Below the pieces are notes generated by a model that saw nothing but the letters and a program-made list of their open reading frames with translations, searched no databases and had not been told where the DNA came from. A program made the translations under genes and the position numbers. DNA of 63,862 bases, filler included, from Vannella sp. (lineage: Eukaryota): the NCBI GenBank assembly GCA_023345925.1. It is 5 parts of 5 records of this genome, joined end to end, with 100 filler letters (N's around TTAATTAATTAA, not from the genome) between each part and the next. Parts side by side here need not be neighbours in the genome. Positions count along the whole stretch, not along the records: positions 57,883 to 63,862 come from JAJQQN010001296.1; 4 more parts are not named here. One strand, given 5' to 3'. Numbering within the stretch: position 1 is the first letter of the stretch; each line of letters begins with the position of its first letter. Below are positions 57,883 through 63,862 of this stretch, piece by piece.

Positions 57883-57998
57883 TTTAGTTTTTTAAGCATT
57901 TAGCTTAATCAACAAGAGATTTAGTTTTAGGCTTGTTGCTAAGTTTTAACCATCACTGATTTCCCATGCTCGAAAATTGAATCATTTTCAGAGTGGTC

Positions 57999-60900
57999 AT
58001 GGAAGGGCATGATCTATCGTTGATCGAGGGGTTAACGGAAGGGCAGATGCTTCAGCTGCTGGAGGAGCGATTCTTGCAGCGAAAGTTCTATGTATGTATG
58101 CATGTGATGTTGAGGAGGAGGCTGATGATGGGGAAGACGTCGGCTGGCCAGGTTTTGTTGGCTTTTCAGTCGTCCTCCAAGGACGGCCGAGCTGAACTTC
58201 AAGAATATCGCGGTGGGCAGCGTGGGACGGCGCTCTCAGATCCTGCTCATCTCTTTGCCTTTCTATCAAAGATCTATCGGCAGGTTACTTGCAACGAGGA
58301 CGCCTGCACAACCCACACCATCATTCTACGGTTTGTGCCCTCTTTCTCTCCCTCTACAGCTTACTGATGATGCACATAACCACAGAGGTGAAGTGGGAAC
58401 GGGAAAGAGCTTCACAAGTAGGCAATCAGTCTTATTCCTGGCTTCTATGCAACCCGAGATGGCCTCCAAATGGGAGTGCGCTCACGCCCTACTCGAGGGT
58501 GAGTCGGATCGCACAGCTGGAGCAAAGCATAACCCCTTTAGGAATCACTTGCGTCCCTACTGCTTCTCAGGGCTCCTCCACGCGCCATGTAAGTGTGAAC
58601 CGTCAACACAAAAGCTTCCCAAGACTCACAGCTCCAAGATGGAGTACTGCCAGGTCTTCTTTGATGCGGAGGGTCTTCCAAGTGGCGGACACATCTCTTC
58701 TTGTGAGTAACAACTCTGTTAGGAGGGAGAATGAAGAGTAACAAGGCCCACAACAGTTGGACTAGAGCTCCCTCGCGTGTCTCTCCTCTCAAGGAAGAAG
58801 CGCAACTTCAATGTATTCTACTATCTAGTGGAAGGGCTCGAGCCCAGCGAGAGAGGTACGCAGGAATCAGAAGAGCACAAGAGAAGTCAAAGAAGCTGAC
58901 CTTGTGGGGCAGACGAGCTCCACCTCCAATCGGGTGTCCAATTCGAGTATTTGAATCACTTGGAGGCTTTGGATGCTGATGACTACAACGAAAAGCTTCA
59001 AAACTTTAAGGTAACCCTTGCTGGCACGGTCGTCAGTAGTTTCTTTTGTCTTATTCTCGAGTAGACCGCGTTTCGATACGTTGTTCCCAAGAAAGAGGAA
59101 CGGGATAGGATATTCAAGCTTCTGAGCTGCGTTTTGCATCTAGGAAACGTAAAATTGGTTGCCAAGTCCGCTAGATTGGTGAGCGTATCGAACAAGTCGA
59201 CTCTCAAGCTTTGCGCCCAGCTCCTCAAAGTGGATAGCAAGCTGTTAGAGGAAGCTATTCTGGAGCATGATCCTTGCCTGGAAGCTTGTACACGAACTGT
59301 CGATGAATTGGCAATGATCCTGTACGGCTCCATCGTGCAGTGGCTTATCGACAGAATGAACCAGTTCTTGAAGAGCAGTACCTACCGAGCGAACCAAGCA
59401 CACATCGCAATACTTGATTTAACAGGGCACAACGCCCGGAGGGACAAACAGAACGCCTCTGACCTCTTTACAAACACCTTGAACGAGAGCCTGACGCGCA
59501 TATTCTGCGAGAACATTCAATCGAGTCTGGGACTTGATCTCAAGTACTCTCCAATTTGTACCACATTCCTGGAGTCCATTCAAACCACTTTGCTCGAGCA
59601 CTCCAAAAGTGGAAAGGACCAAGCAGATCTGACAAGCTCTCTTCAGAAACTTTCTAATGGGAACCCTTTTGGGGAGATCAAGAAAGCAACGGAAGGCCCC
59701 TTACTGGAGGTGAATCACTTCTTCCGTAATGTGGGTTATCCAATTGGGATGTTGCACCGTTATTGCTCTTATTCAGATGAGAGAACCCTCAAACAGCTTT
59801 CTCAATTAGTTGAGGCTGCTACAACTGGACTTTTTCAATCGAATGAGTGTAATCAAACAAGTGCTTTGTTTGTTAGTAACGCTCTTGATCACTTGCAGCG
59901 AACTGTGCATTCTTCAACTCCCCACTGGGTGGCCTGCTTGAGGCCTACAACGGGTTCTGATACCACCCAATTTGATGCCTCTGTTGTCAAATCCCAGCTT
60001 CAAGTATTGGGTATCACAAAGATTATGCGCGGGTGGGGGCATAAGTCACCAAGGTCTGATGAGAGCACCAGTGCCAGTGGACTTATTGTTGAAATGCCAA
60101 TCTCCCCACGATCTGCGTTATCATCGGTCACTCCCCTCCCTTTACAAGGAAACGTGAAGGCAACTCGTAAGAATAGCTCGTCAAAACGGAAGAGAGTAAA
60201 AGAGCTGGTCTCAAGAGGGACTTCCTCAGATCCGCAAACTGATCTCATGGGTAATGTTATCCAATCAAGTGGAGATAAGAAGAAGCGCTCTCTCTCCAGA
60301 AAGCTGAGTCAACGTTTCAACAAATCCTCTCCACGAGGAATAAGTGAGAACCAGTCTGCATCTGTCCCTAGTTTTTTATCCATTCCCAGGAGCACTTCAA
60401 CAAATGAGCTCACTCGCACAACGAGCTTTAAAGCCCCCAAAAGCACGATTTCTTCTCGTCTACGAGCTGATAGTGAGCGTGTTATCATCCCTGACGATTC
60501 CTTCAAGGAATTAGAGGACATGTCAAAGTCTCCTCTTTCCTTCTCAGCACCAATTGAAAACTTTGAGATCTTGGATGCCATCACTCCTTCTTCCTCTATG
60601 GACTCTCTTCAGCTCTCAGATGACAATCTGAGCTCCATAACAGAAATAAGCAGCGAAGAAGAGGACGAAGAAGAGGACAAAGAAAAACCTCTTCTCAAGA
60701 GAGATTCTTGGCAAAGAAGTATGGCAAACTTGACAAGGTCTCAGGAGCAAGCCAATACGCTGCGAAGGAGTATAAGTGGGGTGGATAGGACCAGCGTGAT
60801 TCAAACAGGACCAGCAAATGAATCCCGAAAGCTCAAAGAAGAGTTTCTATTTCTTTACTCTTGTGGCTCTCTCCTCCGCACAATTTACCAAAAGGATGAT

Positions 60901-62953
60901 CCTTCAGGCACTTTAGCCATGCTGTCCAGTCGCGTCACTGCAGTAGAGTTTCCTGCGAAGAAGAAAGACTGGAGAGCATCGCGCAGCTCTCTCAGCGCCA
61001 CTGACGCTGAGACACGCCATGCTATCGGCTCCTTGATTCCAGACACTCGTACTCCTGAAAGCAACTGGATAGAGGAACTTGAGAAGACCCCGCAACAGAA
61101 GGACTGGGAACGCAAATCTCTTAATATGCGCCAGAAAAAAAACATTTTGCCGCTCTTGCGACTACAAGGAGGGGACGCTGTTCTCAACCAAATCAATTAC
61201 AGCAATCCCATTCGCATCACTCCACGCAGGCAAAAGGCGAGCGCCACATTTATGGAGATGTCCGCGAGTGGGTTGGATGTGGATGCCTATGCTGCCAGTC
61301 GATTTGCCATCTCTGAAAAGATCACAAAGAAGGGGTCTGGTTCTGTCAGGGCAAAGCAACTGAAGAAGCTTTTGTCTGCTAGTAAGGTAAGTGACTTGGA
61401 AATACTCTTCGCTGCTATCTAAACAGGAGCTCAGACACCTCTCTCTTCACCTCTGCATCAGCTGCGACCTCCTAATGACGTCATTGCTGTTGAAAACTCC
61501 AAACATATCTACCTTTACATGCTTTCCAAGCCAGGAGAGAATGCCAGTCCCAGTGCTCTGGACCATATCCGTTGCATTGTAGAAAACGGACTGCGGCATT
61601 CCACTCTACGAGATGAGATTTACTGCCAACTGGTGAAGCAAGTCACCAATCCCACAAAAGAACGATTTGGCATTCTCGGCTGGGAACTCATCGCCATCTG
61701 CACCGGTTGCTTTGCACCGGCAGCGTTCTTCAAACCTCTCACTCGCTACCTTGATGTTGAAAGAGAGCAACCAGGCGAGATAGGAGCATGGGCAGCCTAC
61801 TGCAAAGACCGTCTTCTCAAGACTGCTGACAGGGGAAAGCGACTTTTCGTGCCTGTGGAAAGAGAAGTCCGAGCCATTCAACTTCGCAAGCCACTCATGG
61901 AAGTGTTCCACTTTATGGACGGGAAGCAGAAGCAGATTCCCATTTATTCGTCCACCACGGCGGAAGAGGCTCTCGAGTTTCTCTTACAGATGGTGGGTCT
62001 TGCTGGGGCCAAGGGATATATGATCTATGAGAGCTATCTGCTCCAAAACGAAACCGAATCGGAGACTATTGAAAGGAGTCTTCTCAATTCGGAAGTGATT
62101 TGCACTTCTTTGAGTCGCTTCCACCTCTTCCAGTCTAGTTTCCAGCACCGAGATGACTACAAACCTTCTACTCGCTTCGTGGTGAAGCGCAAACTCTTCC
62201 TTCCGGACGTTCCTTCCTCACCCAGTGAAGACCACTTGATGTTCCATCAGGCAAGTCACTTCCTCTCCTCTCCCCTCCACTTTCCATTGACCTTCTCGAC
62301 AGCTTGTCCAAAGACTCCAGCAAGGTCTTCTCTTTACAGATGCTGAGACAGCGCTGGTGCTTGGTGGACTCCAACTTCAAACTCTTCGGGGAGACTACAA
62401 ACCGGATAGCTCCATGATCTCACCGTACGTGATCATCGTGATTGCTTTAGGAGTTAGCTAACTGTTTTGTAGAAAGGAGGTGGTCCCTGAGGACCTCTAC
62501 GACATCCACTCGGTGCGGGAATGGCGCAAATTGCTTTCCGAACGACACCAGGCACTGAAAGGCACTCCAGCGAACGATGCACGATCGTCTTTCCTCTCGC
62601 TATGCCGAAGCCTACCGTTGTATGGGTTCCAGATGTTCCCTGTGACCAAGACCGAGCCAGGACCCGGCTTCCGCGTGCAAGCCACCAGCGCGCAAGCGTG
62701 GAACTTGCCCAAAAGCTTCTACATTGGCTTGTGTTGGGATGCCTTCTACTTCATGAACACCGAGAAGGTGGTGTACGAGCGCTTCGTGTACGAAGACATC
62801 CATTTCCACTCTTCCACAGCTTCGACGATCGATCTGTCCTTCGAAGGGGATCGTTCGATCCTCCTTCACACGAGCCAAGGAGAGGAGATCCTCAGCATCG
62901 TTATCGATTACAAGTACCATCACTTCATGAGCCACGACAAGCGAACAGAGTAA
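57999..62953 (+). CDS. Divergent myosin-motor-like + MyTH4-FERM protein
   Basis: DLSLI, PAHLFA, GEVGTGKS, RNFNVFYYL, LHLGNV, PHWVACLRP; MyTH4 LRDEIYCQLVKQ..GWELI; FERM ..LPLYG..F; many introns. Confidence 0.85.
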
Positions 62954-62976
62954 AGATGACCCTTTTAACGACCTGT

Positions 62977-63385
62977 TCACTCCTTAGCAGCAGCTGCTGT
63001 CTCCTTGTGGTTGAATGGGGGATAGAGAAGTCGAGCGTTTGTAACGTAGGGCTTAAGCTGACAGTTTGAGGTGAGATGGAGATGAAGGAAGGGAAAGGGG
63101 TGGAACCAACCGCGAAGCCAGTAAGATCGGGTACTTCATAGTAAGGAAGCTTGCGCTCTTCTATGACGAATCTTCCTAGAAGAGGACGTTAGCTTCAGTG
63201 TCGCATTTTCCCTCCTTCTTACCCTTGCGGCTGACGAACCCCAAACTCTTGCAGCCCTTCCCTTTGTAGTACTGGTTGGGGCTACGTTTGGGAGTAAGCA
63301 CTCCACGGCTTTGGCTCTTTCCGTATTTGCCCTTTCCACTCCCTCGCACAAACGAGGAGAAACTAAGAGTTCGCAGCATGGACAT
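62977..63385 (-). CDS. MRPL41: Mitochondrial ribosomal protein mL41
   Basis: LTPKR..YYKGKGCKSLG..G|RFVI..YEVPDLTGF|LKPYV. Confidence 0.9.
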
Positions 63386-63616
63386 CGCTTGCAAAAGAAT
63401 GCCAGCTTACAATTCTGATTTTGCGCGTGGACTTGAAATTACGCTTATTAATAGTGATCAACGGGGACAAAATCCCGATTTTTCACACTGTTCTGGAACG
63501 AGGATTCACCGCCCCACTCAACCACGTCCTCCGTTGAAAAGTGGCTTCAAATTGGACCGGGACCAGTACGAATGAACTTTTTATGTGTTTTAAGCGAGGT
63601 ACTTTTGGCTCCTTTC

Positions 63617-63713
63617 AACGAGCCAAGGGGCTCTTGACGCTGGGCAAACACGAGCCAAGGGAAGAGGGCTCGTGACTTTGGGCAAACACGAGGGGAAGAG
63701 GGCCCGTGACTTT
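63617..63713. repeat. Degenerate ~36-bp tandem repeat
   Basis: GGGCAAACACGAG..GGGAAGAGGGC.CGTGACTTT twice plus a partial third copy. Confidence 0.7.
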
Positions 63714-63780
63714 TCTCAGGACCCTGAACACCCACCAATAGTGATGCTTATTATTGCAATCCTAATTTCGGATTCCGGAG

Positions 63781-63862
63781 ATGGATTTCACCGAGGGGGA
63801 AGCTTCCAGCTCTTACGATGAAGCAGATTACTCTGATACCGAGGAGGAAGAAGCCTCCACGC
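63781..63862 (+). CDS. Probable start of a gene with an acidic N-terminus, running off the window
   Basis: ATG followed by open frame MDFTEGEASSSYDEADYSDTEEEEAST. Confidence 0.35.
   Translation, partial: MDFTEGEASSSYDEADYSDTEEEEAST

Noticed and set aside
1..63862. Alternative genetic code or stop readthrough to explain fragmented ORFs
   Set aside because: Breaks in conserved genes resolve with short GT-AG introns; TAA, TAG and TGA all end genes; the tRNA is an ordinary Gln(CTG)

Overview
Gene-dense eukaryotic nuclear DNA in the standard genetic code, with short (~42-60 nt) spliceosomal introns and very short intergenic gaps. The gene content (SH3-DOCK, tandem RasGEF, MyTH4-FERM myosin, PH/CH actin binder, nuclear NDUFS8) fits an aerobic amoebozoan-like protist; this is inference only. 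The window is five contigs joined by artificial N44-TTAATTAATTAA-N44 linkers, so adjacency across linkers means nothing. About 35 protein genes were read manually: PGAP3, VPS45, SDE2, RagC, MDP1, fumarase, HACD, DOCK, Asterix, PFK-2, DGK, PRP18, NDUFS8, POLD1, NF-YA, DnaJ, a METTL21-like enzyme, ferric reductase, RPL36A, CWC2, MRPL41 and several orphans. There is also one tRNA-Gln(CTG) and a 105-bp MITE with a 9-bp target-site duplication whose empty-site paralog lies in the same window. The strongest leads are (1) a double RasGEF ending in a domain resembling archaeal DUF3782/PD-(D/E)xK proteins, (2) the MITE, (3) a MyTH4-FERM myosin with a degenerate motor, (4) an AT-hook + GNAT protein, (5) an intron-containing bacterial-type trypsin, and (6) a single-pass mucin-GPS protein. 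All family calls come from motifs recognised by eye; no database search was run and exon boundaries are manual.
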